From an uncultured Actinomycetota bacterium (GTDB taxonomy: Bacteria; Actinomycetota; Acidimicrobiia; Spongiisociales; UBA4744): DNA of 64,000 nt. Positions 17,928 through 28,028 of this stretch are shown here, in pieces. The notes beneath the pieces were generated by a model. It searched no databases. It saw nothing but the letters and a program-made list of their open reading frames with translations, and had not been told where the DNA came from. The stretch spans positions 193,259 through 257,258 of the forward strand of contig CAVQVN010000002.1 of assembly GCA_963717135.1 (NCBI GenBank). The letters run 5' to 3'. Within the stretch, counting starts at the first letter, position 1. Each line of letters starts with the position of its first letter. The position numbers and the translations under genes are program-made.

Positions 17928-19219
17928 AAGGGAGTGCTTTGCCCTTCACAGATCGAAAGCAGCGTGTGCCCACTTCCGGCCAGAGCTCTGTTGATCAAAT
18001 CGACCGTTGCCGGTGGAGGGAGCAAGCCGGTCCAGCGCAGTGGTGCCCCCAGAACATCCCGCTGGAAGATATGGTCGGTCGTGAAATCGTCTCCGGTCAA
18101 AGATGGCGCTACCGCCAGGATCTCCAGAATCTGGCGTCGAATGCCCTCCCGGCCTCTGGTGGTGGGATCCCGATCGAGATGCACAACAAAATCGATCGTG
18201 CTCGCAAAGACCTTGCGCACTACCGGTTCTGTGACGTTCTCTCCCGCCATCAACGCGGTATTCACGATGGCATTGAGAGCCTCGCGGGCCGAATTGGCGT
18301 GCACCGTGCAGGAAAAACCGCAACCGGCATTGGAGGCTCTCGTCAATTCAAAAGCTTCCGAGCCTCGTACCTCTCCAACCACGATGCGATCAGCTCGCAT
18401 CGCCAGGACGGCCTTCACGAGCGTGCGGACCGACACCTCGCCACTGCCATCCAATCCTGGTGCACGAGCTTCGTAATAGGAGCTGTGGGGGCTCAGGGGC
18501 ACGTGAAGTTCGCGAACTTCTTCAATGCACCGTACACAGTGGGTGGGTGGTGCCGCGGCCATCAGTGCCGACAGCAGAGATGTCTTCCCGGCGCCCGGTT
18601 GTCCGGAAACCAGCACCGAAGCACCCGTCTGAGCAACTGCCCATAGAAAGCCGGCTCCCGCCGGTGAAATCGAGCCAAGTTCGACCAGGTGCCCGAGGGT
18701 TTCCTTTCGCATTGTGTACTTGCGGATAGTGGCCGAAACGTTGTCTGCGATCGGCCTGATAACCGCGGTGAGCCGGGCCGAATCATTCAAGACCCGGGCC
18801 TGAACAATGGGGTTGGCCGTATCGATATGGCGGTCCGTGTCGGCGAGGAGCCGGTTGATCGTCTGCCGATTCTCCTCGACGGTGGTGGGCGTGGTCAGGA
18901 CTTGCAACCGGCCCGAACCGTCGATATAGGTGACATTGGGCCCTTCAATGAAGATCTCTTCCACCGTTGGATCTTCGAAGAGCCGGCTCAACGCGCCGTA
19001 GCCGGATATGGATCGCGCTACGCGTCGAATCATCTCGCCCGTGTCGCGCAGAGCGGGAACGTTGCCAGAATGAGCTTGCGATTGATAATCGTCGACGATG
19101 GACGCGACCAGTTGGAGGACCGCCCCCTCATCCTCTCGCGGATCTAGCTTCTCGCGTTCCAATCCCGCCAGGGCTTGATTCCGGATGTCTTCATAGGCGC
19201 TGAATTCCGTCTTCATCAC
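17924..19219 (-). CDS. cpaF: CpaF/TadA secretion ATPase (T2SS-E/VirB11 superfamily)
   Basis: Walker A 'VSGQPGAGKTSLL', Asp box and His box 'CTVHANSAREAL'. Confidence 0.9.
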   Translation of the reverse strand: MMKTEFSAYEDIRNQALAGLEREKLDPREDEGAVLQLVASIVDDYQSQAHSGNVPALRDTGEMIRRVARSISGYGALSRLFEDPTVEEIFIEGPNVTYIDGSGRLQVLTTPTTVEENRQTINRLLADTDRHIDTANPIVQARVLNDSARLTAVIRPIADNVSATIRKYTMRKETLGHLVELGSISPAGAGFLWAVAQTGASVLVSGQPGAGKTSLLSALMAAAPPTHCVRCIEEVRELHVPLSPHSSYYEARAPGLDGSGEVSVRTLVKAVLAMRADRIVVGEVRGSEAFELTRASNAGCGFSCTVHANSAREALNAIVNTALMAGENVTEPVVRKVFASTIDFVVHLDRDPTTRGREGIRRQILEILAVAPSLTGDDFTTDHIFQRDVLGAPLRWTGLLPPPATVDLINRALAGSGHTLLSICEGQSTPL

Positions 19220-20460
19220 GCTCTCCGGTGTCTGCGTGCCGGTCGTCGTGGCAGGTTGGCCGTCGTGGCGAGTCCCTCGATTCCCTTGACGAAAGCCCCG
19301 CGACCCGGAAGGACACCCTGCCAGGTCGCTTGAGCCAGGGTCTTGTCGTGAGGCACAAACGCCACCGATCGCGGCTGGTATACCTGGCGCAATTCAGTAT
19401 CGATCTCTGCGGCCTTGAATCCCCCACCGATGAAGGCATTGAATGCCAGGTGGAGAGGGGTTCCTTCAATCAACGACTTCGCTTCTGCCAACCAATCGAG
19501 CACACGCGCGACTCCGACCGGAGTCGGAGCGGCCACCAGGACAATCAAGTCGGCCAGCGCCAGCATCGAACGCGTGACCCCATAGCGGGCCGGACCGCCG
19601 ATGGCGGGGAGATTCTCCAATCTTGAAGAGACGTTGACAATCACGTACTCGCGCAACTTCGCCAGGACGAGAACGGTCTCTGATACGTCCGCGGGCCTCA
19701 ACTCATACCAGTCTCTCCGATTGGCCAAGCCACCAAGTACCTCAAAGCCGCCCGACGGCGGCTCCATCAGACAACCGGCCAGATCGCCGTTGCGATTGTG
19801 TACCAAATCAATGGCGGTTCGAAGGTTGGGATGGACTGCCAGATTGAGACGCTGGGCGACGGACGGCCCGATGTCGTCGGCATCAACGAGTACTGTCGCT
19901 CTGTCCCGGCGGGCCAGCATTGCTGCCAATCCAATCGCAATCTCAGTTGCTCCGACCCCCCCTGAGGCACCACCGACGACCACCAATTGTCCTCGCCGCG
20001 GTCGATCCTCATGCTGCTGATACGGATCGAGATAGTCGACATCCGACCCCGCGAGGTTTCCAACCAGGGCGGAGAGCCCATCTTCATGTTCTCCAATGGA
20101 ACCCGCCGCCGAACGCGCCAGGACTCGCAAGAATTCGGTAGGCGGCGCATCTGCTTCGATCACGTCGTCAACCCGCAGATCGATCAGCCTTTGTTTCCCA
20201 CTTCCCTCGGCCTCCTCGGGGTCGTAGACCCCAACCACTGAGATACCCCTTTTCTGCAGATCGGCCACGAACCCGGCTGTCAGGAAGGACGTCGTATCGT
20301 CGGCCACGAAGACGTCGTAGCCATCCATCATGGCGTCCTCGGCAGCCATGATGGATGCCATGACTCGCCCCCCACCGTGGTCAATAACGTGTTGCTTGAG
20401 CAACCGGGCCCAAGATCGCGGTGAATGGGCCATCACTACCACGGGTTCGCGATTCAGCAT
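19216..20460 (-). CDS. cpaE: CpaE/TadZ: degenerate receiver-like N-domain fused to a ParA/MinD-type ATPase
   Basis: Deviant Walker A 'VVVGGASGGVGATEIAIGLA'; N-terminal CheY-like fold without canonical Asp pocket. Confidence 0.8.
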   Translation of the reverse strand: MLNREPVVVMAHSPRSWARLLKQHVIDHGGGRVMASIMAAEDAMMDGYDVFVADDTTSFLTAGFVADLQKRGISVVGVYDPEEAEGSGKQRLIDLRVDDVIEADAPPTEFLRVLARSAAGSIGEHEDGLSALVGNLAGSDVDYLDPYQQHEDRPRRGQLVVVGGASGGVGATEIAIGLAAMLARRDRATVLVDADDIGPSVAQRLNLAVHPNLRTAIDLVHNRNGDLAGCLMEPPSGGFEVLGGLANRRDWYELRPADVSETVLVLAKLREYVIVNVSSRLENLPAIGGPARYGVTRSMLALADLIVLVAAPTPVGVARVLDWLAEAKSLIEGTPLHLAFNAFIGGGFKAAEIDTELRQVYQPRSVAFVPHDKTLAQATWQGVLPGRGAFVKGIEGLATTANLPRRPARRHRRA

Positions 20461-20463
20461 GAT

Positions 20464-21231
20464 TCAGCCGGAACCGGGCTCGACCGGCGAGCCGTTCAGC
20501 GATCCGGACAGGTCGCCGGGTCCCTCCTGCAACGGATCGAAGTATCCGCCGGGATCAACTTCGGTCGCTCCCGTCGCCCGGACTAGATCGATTGCTCCGT
20601 CGCGCAGCGCAGAAGCCAGGCGCAAGGTCGTCATCCCGTCGAGCGCTACCGTCACACTGAAGCTCCCACCGAACTGGCTGTCCGCCCCGGAAACGTCAAG
20701 AACCTCGACACCGGCGGCGACGTATGAGGCGATTCCTTTCCTAACCACAATCACATCTATGAAATCGCCCGCCTGAAGAGCCCCGGCGACGGCATGGCCA
20801 CGATCGATGGGGATACTCATGGCTCGAAGATCGGAAGGATCGGCGTCGGTGCGAAAATCGCTCATCCTGACCGGATCGCCGGCCGGGACCGCCCGCGTCA
20901 CCACCCACTGCTCGTTCACGGCCTGTTGAACCTGCTCCGGTCCGAGGAGAGTTCCCAGGACGGCGCGATCCACGACTCCCATCTCCGTGAAGGCGAGAAC
21001 ACCATCCGTCACGGTTGTGCCGGCTCGCAGCTCAACGACCGCGGTTGCGATGGTGAAGGTCTCATTCCGGCTTTGGAGGAGGGAGAAAACCAACAGGAAA
21101 GCGGCCAGGCCGGCCACGATCATGATCACATGTCCAAGACTGAGCCGGCTCATCAGCCCGCGTTTGAGTGGTGGCACCGCATCGGCCGTGTGCCAGCTAC
21201 GTTGCGTGGTCGGATCGATGATCCCAGCCAT
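20464..21231 (-). CDS. cpaB: CpaB/RcpC Flp pilus assembly protein (TM plus SAF domain)
   Basis: TM 'VIMIVAGLAAFLLVF' followed by SAF-like domain; start may be the internal 'MSRLSLGH' (~21153). Confidence 0.75.
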   Translation of the reverse strand: MAGIIDPTTQRSWHTADAVPPLKRGLMSRLSLGHVIMIVAGLAAFLLVFSLLQSRNETFTIATAVVELRAGTTVTDGVLAFTEMGVVDRAVLGTLLGPEQVQQAVNEQWVVTRAVPAGDPVRMSDFRTDADPSDLRAMSIPIDRGHAVAGALQAGDFIDVIVVRKGIASYVAAGVEVLDVSGADSQFGGSFSVTVALDGMTTLRLASALRDGAIDLVRATGATEVDPGGYFDPLQEGPGDLSGSLNGSPVEPGSG

Positions 21232-21240
21232 CGCCCCCCG

Positions 21241-21300
21241 TCCCCTTAATCAAACTTAGCGGAATCTTACCTACTCTTAAATCTGATTGCTATAGGCCCG
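21241..21300. promoter_or_regulatory. AT-rich island directly upstream of cpaB in an otherwise ~67% GC region; candidate promoter/regulatory region of the tad locus
   Basis: 'ccttaatcaaacttagcggaatcttacctactcttaaatctgattgctatagg'. Confidence 0.3.
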
Positions 21301-21326
21301 GCCCGCCAAGTGAGTGCTTGGTTCGT

Positions 21327-21911
21327 TCACGAACCGCGGTCGTCCGGTGGGATTGGTTGACGGCTCACTACCGCCGTCAACCATCTGAGGGGAATCACCC
21401 ATTCCTGTCGATCGGAGTCTTCGACGACCACGTGATCGCGAGCTCGAATCGAAACCTTGCCGACAACCCGTGAATCGGCATACGGAGTGATGAATTCGAA
21501 TATCTGCTCCGACTGCTCCAATTCAGCCATGCGTGCGCCAAAAGAGGCCGGCCCGTGCGGGGCCGGACCAAGCCCCGGCACCGCTGCTGGTTCGATTATT
21601 CGCAGCACAATCGGCGCGTCGAGGTTTATGTCGATATCGACCTGGGCACGCAATACCAGTAGGTCCGCTCGGGTATGCCGGACATGTCCGCGGAACACTC
21701 TGTCGCCCGCCCGGATCTCTATGCGATCTCCCCGGCTCATCGCGTCGTAGGCGATCTCGGGGAGACTTCCGGCCCGCCGGGCCTGCTTCATGGCCCAGTA
21801 CTCGTCCTCTTCGGCTCCCAACCGGAACTCTCCGCCGACCTGCTCCCTGAGCTCACGGCCGGCCTGCTCGAGTTCGTGGTTTTCCCCTCGATCCACGGGT
21901 CCGTCTTTCAT
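21327..21911 (-). CDS. Hypothetical protein, first gene in tad locus orientation
   Basis: 194-aa ORF with good coding look; no recognised motif. Confidence 0.5.
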   Translation of the reverse strand: MKDGPVDRGENHELEQAGRELREQVGGEFRLGAEEDEYWAMKQARRAGSLPEIAYDAMSRGDRIEIRAGDRVFRGHVRHTRADLLVLRAQVDIDINLDAPIVLRIIEPAAVPGLGPAPHGPASFGARMAELEQSEQIFEFITPYADSRVVGKVSIRARDHVVVEDSDRQEWVIPLRWLTAVVSRQPIPPDDRGS

Positions 21912-21976
21912 CTGTCAGATCAGGCTACCCCGGGTGAGCCTGCGCAAATCGCCTGCGCCGCTACCGTGCCTCCCAG

Positions 21977-22843
21977 ATGAAACCTGGCAACACGCCACTC
22001 GTTGAATTGCACCGCTTCGCTCCCTCGGGGACGCGCCTCTTCGCCAAACTGGAGTGGTTCAATCCGACCGGTTCGATCAAGGACCGGGCCGCCTGGTTCA
22101 TGTTCCACAACGCGGTGCAGAACGGCCGGCTTTCCCCAGGACAGCCGTTGATCGAAGCAACCTCCGGGAACACGGGCATCGGTCTGGCCCGCCTGGCGCA
22201 GATCTACGACCATCCGATGGTGATCTGTCTGCCTAGTTCTGCGACCGAGGAACGAAAGAAGCTACTCCGCGCTTACGGGGCGGAATTGATCGTGGTCGAG
22301 GGCGGACCGAACGACGCCATTGCCTATGCCCGCACCCTGGTGGAAGCCGGCGAGGGCCACATGCTGTATCAGTACGGCAACCGTTGGAATGCCTACGCCC
22401 ACTTCTTCGGCACTTCCCAGGAGATCTTGCGGGACTGGCCCCTCGAAGCTCCACCGGCCCACCTGTTCGCCGCCTATGGCACGGGCGGGACCATCACCGG
22501 CAACAGCCGGGGGCTCAAGATGAAATGGCCGGATCTACGGATCCATTCGGTCGAGCCTTTTGTTGACGACCCCATCGGGGGAATGCGCTCCCAAGATGAC
22601 CCGTTCCAACCTCCTATTGCCGATCTGAGCCTGGTCACCGATCGCCACCAGGTACACCGCCGGGTTGCCGAATCGACCGCCGCGCACGCCATGAGGAGCG
22701 AGGGTCTCTTTTCGGGAACCTCCTCCGGCGCGATCCTGCATGCGGCTCGTGAAACCCTGGCAACCGCCGGCGGAACCGCGGTCGTGCTGCTACCCGACGA
22801 TGGATGGAAATATTTGAGCGGAGGACCATGGACGACGGGCTAG
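21977..22843 (+). CDS. Cysteine synthase-family PLP enzyme (CysM-like)
   Basis: PLP-lysine motif 'NPTGSIKDRAA', 'ATSGNTGIGLA', 'GTGGTITG'. Confidence 0.85.
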   Translation: MKPGNTPLVELHRFAPSGTRLFAKLEWFNPTGSIKDRAAWFMFHNAVQNGRLSPGQPLIEATSGNTGIGLARLAQIYDHPMVICLPSSATEERKKLLRAYGAELIVVEGGPNDAIAYARTLVEAGEGHMLYQYGNRWNAYAHFFGTSQEILRDWPLEAPPAHLFAAYGTGGTITGNSRGLKMKWPDLRIHSVEPFVDDPIGGMRSQDDPFQPPIADLSLVTDRHQVHRRVAESTAAHAMRSEGLFSGTSSGAILHAARETLATAGGTAVVLLPDDGWKYLSGGPWTTG

Positions 22844-22981
22844 TTCCGGCCGATCGTTCATAGGCTTTCCGACTCAAGGAACTTTACGGTCGACCGAAAT
22901 AACCCGTGGGAGGCTGCAGCACCCGGGACGGGCACGCAAACGTGACCACCAGCGGGAGCTGCAGATGAAAGAGAGCAGGGT

Positions 22982-24547
22982 ATGACCGGCCCCGGCGAGC
23001 AACCCGGCGCGTCCCCCTGGGAACCATCGCAACCGAGCCGGCCGGCAGATCAGGCCCCGCCTCCCGTGAACCCCTCCGCGGTCAGAGCAGATGCCGACGG
23101 TCGGGTGAAGGTCGGCCCCGCGGCCGAGCCGCCATCTCCGGTGAGTTCGAACTCGCCTAATCGGTGGCTGACCACCGATCCACCCGACGACATCGACGCG
23201 CTTCGCTCTTCGAGTTCGCTCGGTCATCGAACCCGTTCGTCCCGCCGAAGGCGCGGCAGCTTTCGGATCGGGGCGGTACCGGCGATGATCACGATCGTGA
23301 TTCTCGGTGGGCTGGCTGCCTGGCAACTGGGTTTGCTCGATTCCGTTATCTCACCCATTCCTGATGTTCAGACGGCTCTCAATAACGCTGGTTTCGAATC
23401 TGTAGCGGCGACGGTCACCGGCGAAACTGCAGTCCTGACCGGTACCGTCGAATCGGAAGCGGCCCTCAACCAGGTAGCCGCAGTCGCTCTGAGCGTTTCG
23501 GGCATTCGAGACGTCGACAATCAGCTGGTCGTCCCGGTGACGGACGAATCCGCGACCCTCGAGGCGCAGATTCAATCCGCCCTCGCCGCCGCCGGTTTTG
23601 ACGATCTCGCGGTGATGGTCGACGGCGAAATCGCCACTGTCACCGGCACCGTGCCCAACGAGGAGTCACTGAGTGCTGCCGCCCTGGCCGTTCTGGCCGT
23701 GCCCGGAGTGGCCCAGCTCGACAACCGACTGGAGATTGGCTCCGCCATCGGTTCGGCTGATCTCGAGTTGGCGTTGCTGGCCGCTCTGGCCGAGGATGAA
23801 TTCGGCTACGTGCGGGTTGAAGTGCAGAACGGCCTTACGACCCTCTCCGGGTCGGTGCCGACGGAAGAGGCCCGCTCGCAGGTGGTGGCGACCGCCGGCG
23901 AGATCGACGGCATCGAGAAGATCGACAACCGCCTCATCGTCGACCCAGACCTGCCGATCGGCCCGGCGCTGCCGCCCGAACAGCTCGAGGCAGCGGCCGC
24001 CGCGGCTCTCGCCGATGCCGGCATCCAGACCGTCGCCGCCACGGTGGAGGGACGGCGAGCGATCCTGGACGGAACCGTACCGCTCGAGATCTTGGGAGCG
24101 GGGTTCTTCGCCTTTGTCGAGCGGGCCGAAATGGCAGTCCTCTCGGTTGACGGTATCGATCAGGTCACGAGCCGTGTCGCACTTCGCGGCGACGGAGAGG
24201 TATTGCGCCGGGACCTGCAGGCATTGCTCGAGGCGGCCCCGGTCGAGTTTGCACTCGGGTCTTCCGACCTGACCCCCGAGAGTCAAGGGACTCTCGATCA
24301 GGTCGCCTTGGTCATCCAATCGCAGCCGGGTCTCCAGGTGATCATCGCCGGGCACACAGATGCCGCCGGTAGCAACGAAACGAACCAGGCGTTGGCCCGC
24401 GAACGGGCGGGAACCGTCCTCAACTACCTCTTGACCCGGGGGGTCCCCTCCTATCGGTTGATTGCCGTCTCCTACGGTGAGTTGTTTCCCGATCAGCAAG
24501 CCTCGGCCGAACAGAACCGTCGTATCGAGTTCGAGGTCGGACCATGA
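22982..24547 (+). CDS. Membrane-anchored protein with ~5 BON-like repeats and a C-terminal OmpA/MotB peptidoglycan-binding domain
   Basis: TM 'AMITIVILGGLAAWQLGLL'; repeated '...VTG.TA.LTGTV.SEAA...A..V.GI..VDN.L' units; OmpA_C 'IIAGHTDAAGSNETNQALARERAGTVLNYL'. Confidence 0.8.
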   Translation: MTGPGEQPGASPWEPSQPSRPADQAPPPVNPSAVRADADGRVKVGPAAEPPSPVSSNSPNRWLTTDPPDDIDALRSSSSLGHRTRSSRRRRGSFRIGAVPAMITIVILGGLAAWQLGLLDSVISPIPDVQTALNNAGFESVAATVTGETAVLTGTVESEAALNQVAAVALSVSGIRDVDNQLVVPVTDESATLEAQIQSALAAAGFDDLAVMVDGEIATVTGTVPNEESLSAAALAVLAVPGVAQLDNRLEIGSAIGSADLELALLAALAEDEFGYVRVEVQNGLTTLSGSVPTEEARSQVVATAGEIDGIEKIDNRLIVDPDLPIGPALPPEQLEAAAAAALADAGIQTVAATVEGRRAILDGTVPLEILGAGFFAFVERAEMAVLSVDGIDQVTSRVALRGDGEVLRRDLQALLEAAPVEFALGSSDLTPESQGTLDQVALVIQSQPGLQVIIAGHTDAAGSNETNQALARERAGTVLNYLLTRGVPSYRLIAVSYGELFPDQQASAEQNRRIEFEVGP

Positions 24548-25947
24548 CAAATCGCGCACGTCCTGTCTTAGTCGCCTGTTTCGCTCTCGCTTTGACCACC
24601 GCCGCCTGCACTTCCGGTGCCGCCAATCCAGCCACCACAGTCTTGCCGCCGCCGTCGACAACCTCAACGACCGGCGCTCGGGTGGTCAACACCACCACCC
24701 CGGTGCCGGTGAAGACGGACGGAGTGACCGTGACCGACGACACTATCTATTTGGGACTCCTGGCCGACGTCACCGGACCCTTCTCCGGCACCGTGATCGA
24801 CGTACTCGACGCTCAGGTGGCCTTCTGGTCGAAGTTGAACGCCGAGGGAGGTATTGCCGGCCGCCGGGTTGAATTGCTCATCGAGAACACGGGATACAGC
24901 CCGCAGTTGCACATGGAGAGGTACGCCGCCCTGGCCGATCAGGTCGTCATGATTGCCCACTCGACCGGCTCTCCCCATACACTGGCCATCCTTCCGGACC
25001 TTATCGCCAACAACCACCTGGCCGTACCGGTCACGTGGTATTCCGGATGGTCCGACCCCGACCTCGGAGCCAATCTCCTCGAGACCGGATCGAATTACTG
25101 CATGGAGGCGATGAACTCGATCAGCTGGCTGGCTGCCGACTTCGAGGACCGCACCGGCACCAAACCGACCCTGGCGATCGCCACCTTCCCTGGTGACTAC
25201 GGACTTGATTCCTACGCAGGTGTCGCCTACGCGGCCGAACAGCTCGGTCTCCAGATCGTCTACAACGGTGCAGGGGCAATCATTCCCGGTACGGACCTGC
25301 TTCCGGTTGCTTCAGGAATCTCCCAGAGTGGAGCTGATTTCACCTGGCTGGCCGCCGATCCTCTGACGCTGGCCGGCGTGGTGGGCACTGCTTTGCAGCT
25401 CGGCTATACGGGTCAGTGGGCGGTGTCGATGCCCACGTTCAGCGACCGTCTGCTGGGTACGGCGCTTGGGGGGTACATCGCCGAAAATATGTATATGTCG
25501 GCGCTGATGGCACCCCTGGGCGCCGACGTGCAGGGCATGGACGAGGTGATCGACGTGCTCAGGGAGAAATATCCCAACCGGTATCCGGCCGCCGGCATGG
25601 TCGAAGGGTACCTCGAATTCTCCGTGGCCAAGGCCGTGCTCGAGTACGCCGCCGAACTGGGTGACCTGACGCCGGCCGGAGTGGTGGCGGCTGCCCGCGG
25701 TATCGGTTCGCTGACCTACGGGGGCCTTTCCCCCTCGAACCTTTTCAGCGGTGATGCCAACACCACGGTCACCAGAGCCACCGCGATCTACAAACCCGAC
25801 AAGGTGTTGTTCGATGCTCAAGGCGGGCTGGGTGCCAGCCTCGGCAATGGAGGGATCTCCGCCATGGAGAAGGTGACCGACTTCTTTGCCTCGGATCTTG
25901 CCGCCCACTACGACTTCCAGGGACCTTGCTACGTCGTCGAGGGTTAA
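24544..25947 (+). CDS. LivK/branched-chain amino acid-type ABC substrate-binding lipoprotein (Peripla_BP_6); no cognate permease/ATPase nearby
   Basis: Signal plus lipobox 'LALTTAAC', Thr-rich linker, LivK-like body; ATGA coupling with the BON/OmpA gene. Confidence 0.8.
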   Translation: MTNRARPVLVACFALALTTAACTSGAANPATTVLPPPSTTSTTGARVVNTTTPVPVKTDGVTVTDDTIYLGLLADVTGPFSGTVIDVLDAQVAFWSKLNAEGGIAGRRVELLIENTGYSPQLHMERYAALADQVVMIAHSTGSPHTLAILPDLIANNHLAVPVTWYSGWSDPDLGANLLETGSNYCMEAMNSISWLAADFEDRTGTKPTLAIATFPGDYGLDSYAGVAYAAEQLGLQIVYNGAGAIIPGTDLLPVASGISQSGADFTWLAADPLTLAGVVGTALQLGYTGQWAVSMPTFSDRLLGTALGGYIAENMYMSALMAPLGADVQGMDEVIDVLREKYPNRYPAAGMVEGYLEFSVAKAVLEYAAELGDLTPAGVVAAARGIGSLTYGGLSPSNLFSGDANTTVTRATAIYKPDKVLFDAQGGLGASLGNGGISAMEKVTDFFASDLAAHYDFQGPCYVVEG

Positions 25948-26097
25948 GAACCGCCGGCGGTGGTCTATTCGCACATTCGATTGCTTGCATATGTGTCCAC
26001 AACCGCCTATGGTTACGCGGTCATCGAATCGACCCGATTCACAACGGGATATTCCGGTTCAAGTTTTGATGCCGATTTTTCCGATACCGAAGTAGAC

Positions 26098-26724
26098 ATG
26101 CCCACTCAGACCTTCGAACCCCCCCGGTTGCGCGCCCTGGCCAGGCAAGGCCTGCCGGCGATCATCGAGGGCACCGTTGTTCCCCTTGTCATCTTCTATT
26201 TGGCTATGTGGACCGTCGGTATGTGGGGCGCACTCATTGCTGCCTTGAGCTGGTCGTATCTCGCCGTTATCCGCCGGATCGTCCGGCATGAGCGGATTCC
26301 CGGCTTGGTTCTGCTCAGCGCCCTGGCCCTCACCTTCCGTACCGCCCTGGCTATGAGCACCGGCAGCGTCTTCATCTATTTCCTGCAACCAAGCGTGGGG
26401 ACGGCCGTCCTGGGGTTTGCATTCCTGGCGTCGATGAGTACCACCCAGCCACTCGTACAGCGCCTCGCCCGGGATTTCCTGCCGTTCTCACCCGATTTCT
26501 TCACCAACCCGTTCGTGAAGCGTTTCTTCTTGAGGATTTCGTTGCTGTGGGCCATGGTCATGCTTTCCAATGCAGCAGTGACCACGTGGATGCTCCTGGA
26601 GTTGCCCGTCTCCCTGTTCGTGATCTCCAAAACCGCCGCTTCGGTGGCCATGACCGGAATCGCCATCGCCTATTCGGTGATCTGGTTCCGCCGATTGTTC
26701 TCGGTCTCGCCGGCCGGCGTCTGA
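26098..26724 (+). CDS. Hypothetical polytopic membrane protein
   Basis: 5-6 predicted TM helices; start uncertain (track 25960; ATG at 26098). Confidence 0.5.
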   Translation: MPTQTFEPPRLRALARQGLPAIIEGTVVPLVIFYLAMWTVGMWGALIAALSWSYLAVIRRIVRHERIPGLVLLSALALTFRTALAMSTGSVFIYFLQPSVGTAVLGFAFLASMSTTQPLVQRLARDFLPFSPDFFTNPFVKRFFLRISLLWAMVMLSNAAVTTWMLLELPVSLFVISKTAASVAMTGIAIAYSVIWFRRLFSVSPAGV

Positions 26725-27467
26725 TAATCGGTCGGACGTCTGTACACGGTTGTCGCGGTGGACTGATCCCTCGCCATCACCCGTATCTCATCGATGTTCA
26801 CGTGCGGTGGTCGGGAGACTGCCCAGGCCACACAATCGGCGATATCAGCAGCCGTCAACGGCGTCATACCTTCATATACCCCGGCGGCTGCCTCCTGATC
26901 CCCGTCCAGGCGTACGAGACTGAATTCGGTCCGCACCATTCCGGGATCGATCTGGGTAACCCGTAGCGGCTTCCCGAGCATCTCCTTGCGAAGAACCTCG
27001 CGAAAGGCCCGGACGCCGAACTTGGCGGCGTTATAGCCGGCGCCACCGATGTAGGTATCCGTCGAAGCGACCGAGCCGATCACCACGATATGGCCGTTGC
27101 CCCCGGCCAGCAGCTTGGGAAGCAACGCCCGGGTCATCCTCATGGTTCCCATCACATTGACTTCGTACATACGCTGCCACCGCTGGTCGTCCGCTTCGGC
27201 GATCGAGTCGACGCCAAACGCTCCCCCGGCGTTGTTGACCAGAACAGCACAGGTCTCAACGGCCCCCGCGAAGCGAGCCACCGACTCGGGGTCGGTCACG
27301 TCGAGGGAAAGGGCCCGCGCTCCGATCTCGGTAGCAATCGTTTCCAGCCGGCTGAGACGTCTGGCCCCCATCACGACGGCAAAGCCGTCGGCGGCGAGAC
27401 GCCGGGCTGTGGCTTCCCCAATTCCGGAGCTCGCTCCGGTCACTACCGCAGTCTGGTGTTCGCTCAT
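26670..27467 (-). CDS. SDR-family oxidoreductase
   Basis: 'TAVVTGASSGIGEATARRLAADGFAVV' Rossmann motif, 'NNAG', YxxxK. Confidence 0.9.
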   Translation of the reverse strand: MSEHQTAVVTGASSGIGEATARRLAADGFAVVMGARRLSRLETIATEIGARALSLDVTDPESVARFAGAVETCAVLVNNAGGAFGVDSIAEADDQRWQRMYEVNVMGTMRMTRALLPKLLAGGNGHIVVIGSVASTDTYIGGAGYNAAKFGVRAFREVLRKEMLGKPLRVTQIDPGMVRTEFSLVRLDGDQEAAAGVYEGMTPLTAADIADCVAWAVSRPPHVNIDEIRVMARDQSTATTVYRRPTDYQTPAGETENNRRNQITE

Positions 27468-27528
27468 ACAGGTCATCTCCAAGCTCGATGATCGTCACCA
27501 TCCGGCCCCCGGGTATCCGCGATGAGGG

Positions 27529-27900
27529 CTATACCTGACCGAAGGGGTCAACCACTCCGGTGGGATGGCCACAGAACTGGCAGATGGTGAGACCCCGCCC
27601 GAGCACCGCCCCGCAATCCTCGCAACGGCCGGACTGCCGGGAGACCTGTCCGTCCATCTCCCCGTCGCCTCCATCGAGTGATTTGATCCTCTCCATCAAT
27701 TGCTCAGTGGTGTAACCGGCTTCTTCCAGCAAAGACCACATACTTTCGACCACCAGCGTGAGGCGATCGATGCGGTCGTCCAGGGCCTGGATTTTGGCAG
27801 TCGGCGACGCGGCAAACGTCGAAGCGGCGGAGGCCAGCCCGGCGGCCCGCGCCGCTCCCCGCTGTCCAAGGACATAGCCGGCGATGAAATTCAATGCCAT
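27529..27900 (-). CDS. Hypothetical protein with C-terminal zinc-ribbon (CxxC...CxxC)
   Basis: 'CEDCGAVLGRGLTICQFCGHP'. Confidence 0.55.
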   Translation of the reverse strand: MALNFIAGYVLGQRGAARAAGLASAASTFAASPTAKIQALDDRIDRLTLVVESMWSLLEEAGYTTEQLMERIKSLDGGDGEMDGQVSRQSGRCEDCGAVLGRGLTICQFCGHPTGVVDPFGQV

Positions 27901-28028
27901 GCGGCGATTCTACGCAAACTCAGCTCTGCGGGGAGGTCAGGTTCGTGGTATCGACCTGCTTCAGGTTGGGCGATTCCACGCCGATAGAGACCCAGAGACG
28001 TCCTTCAATCAAGGGAAGTTGAGTTGCG

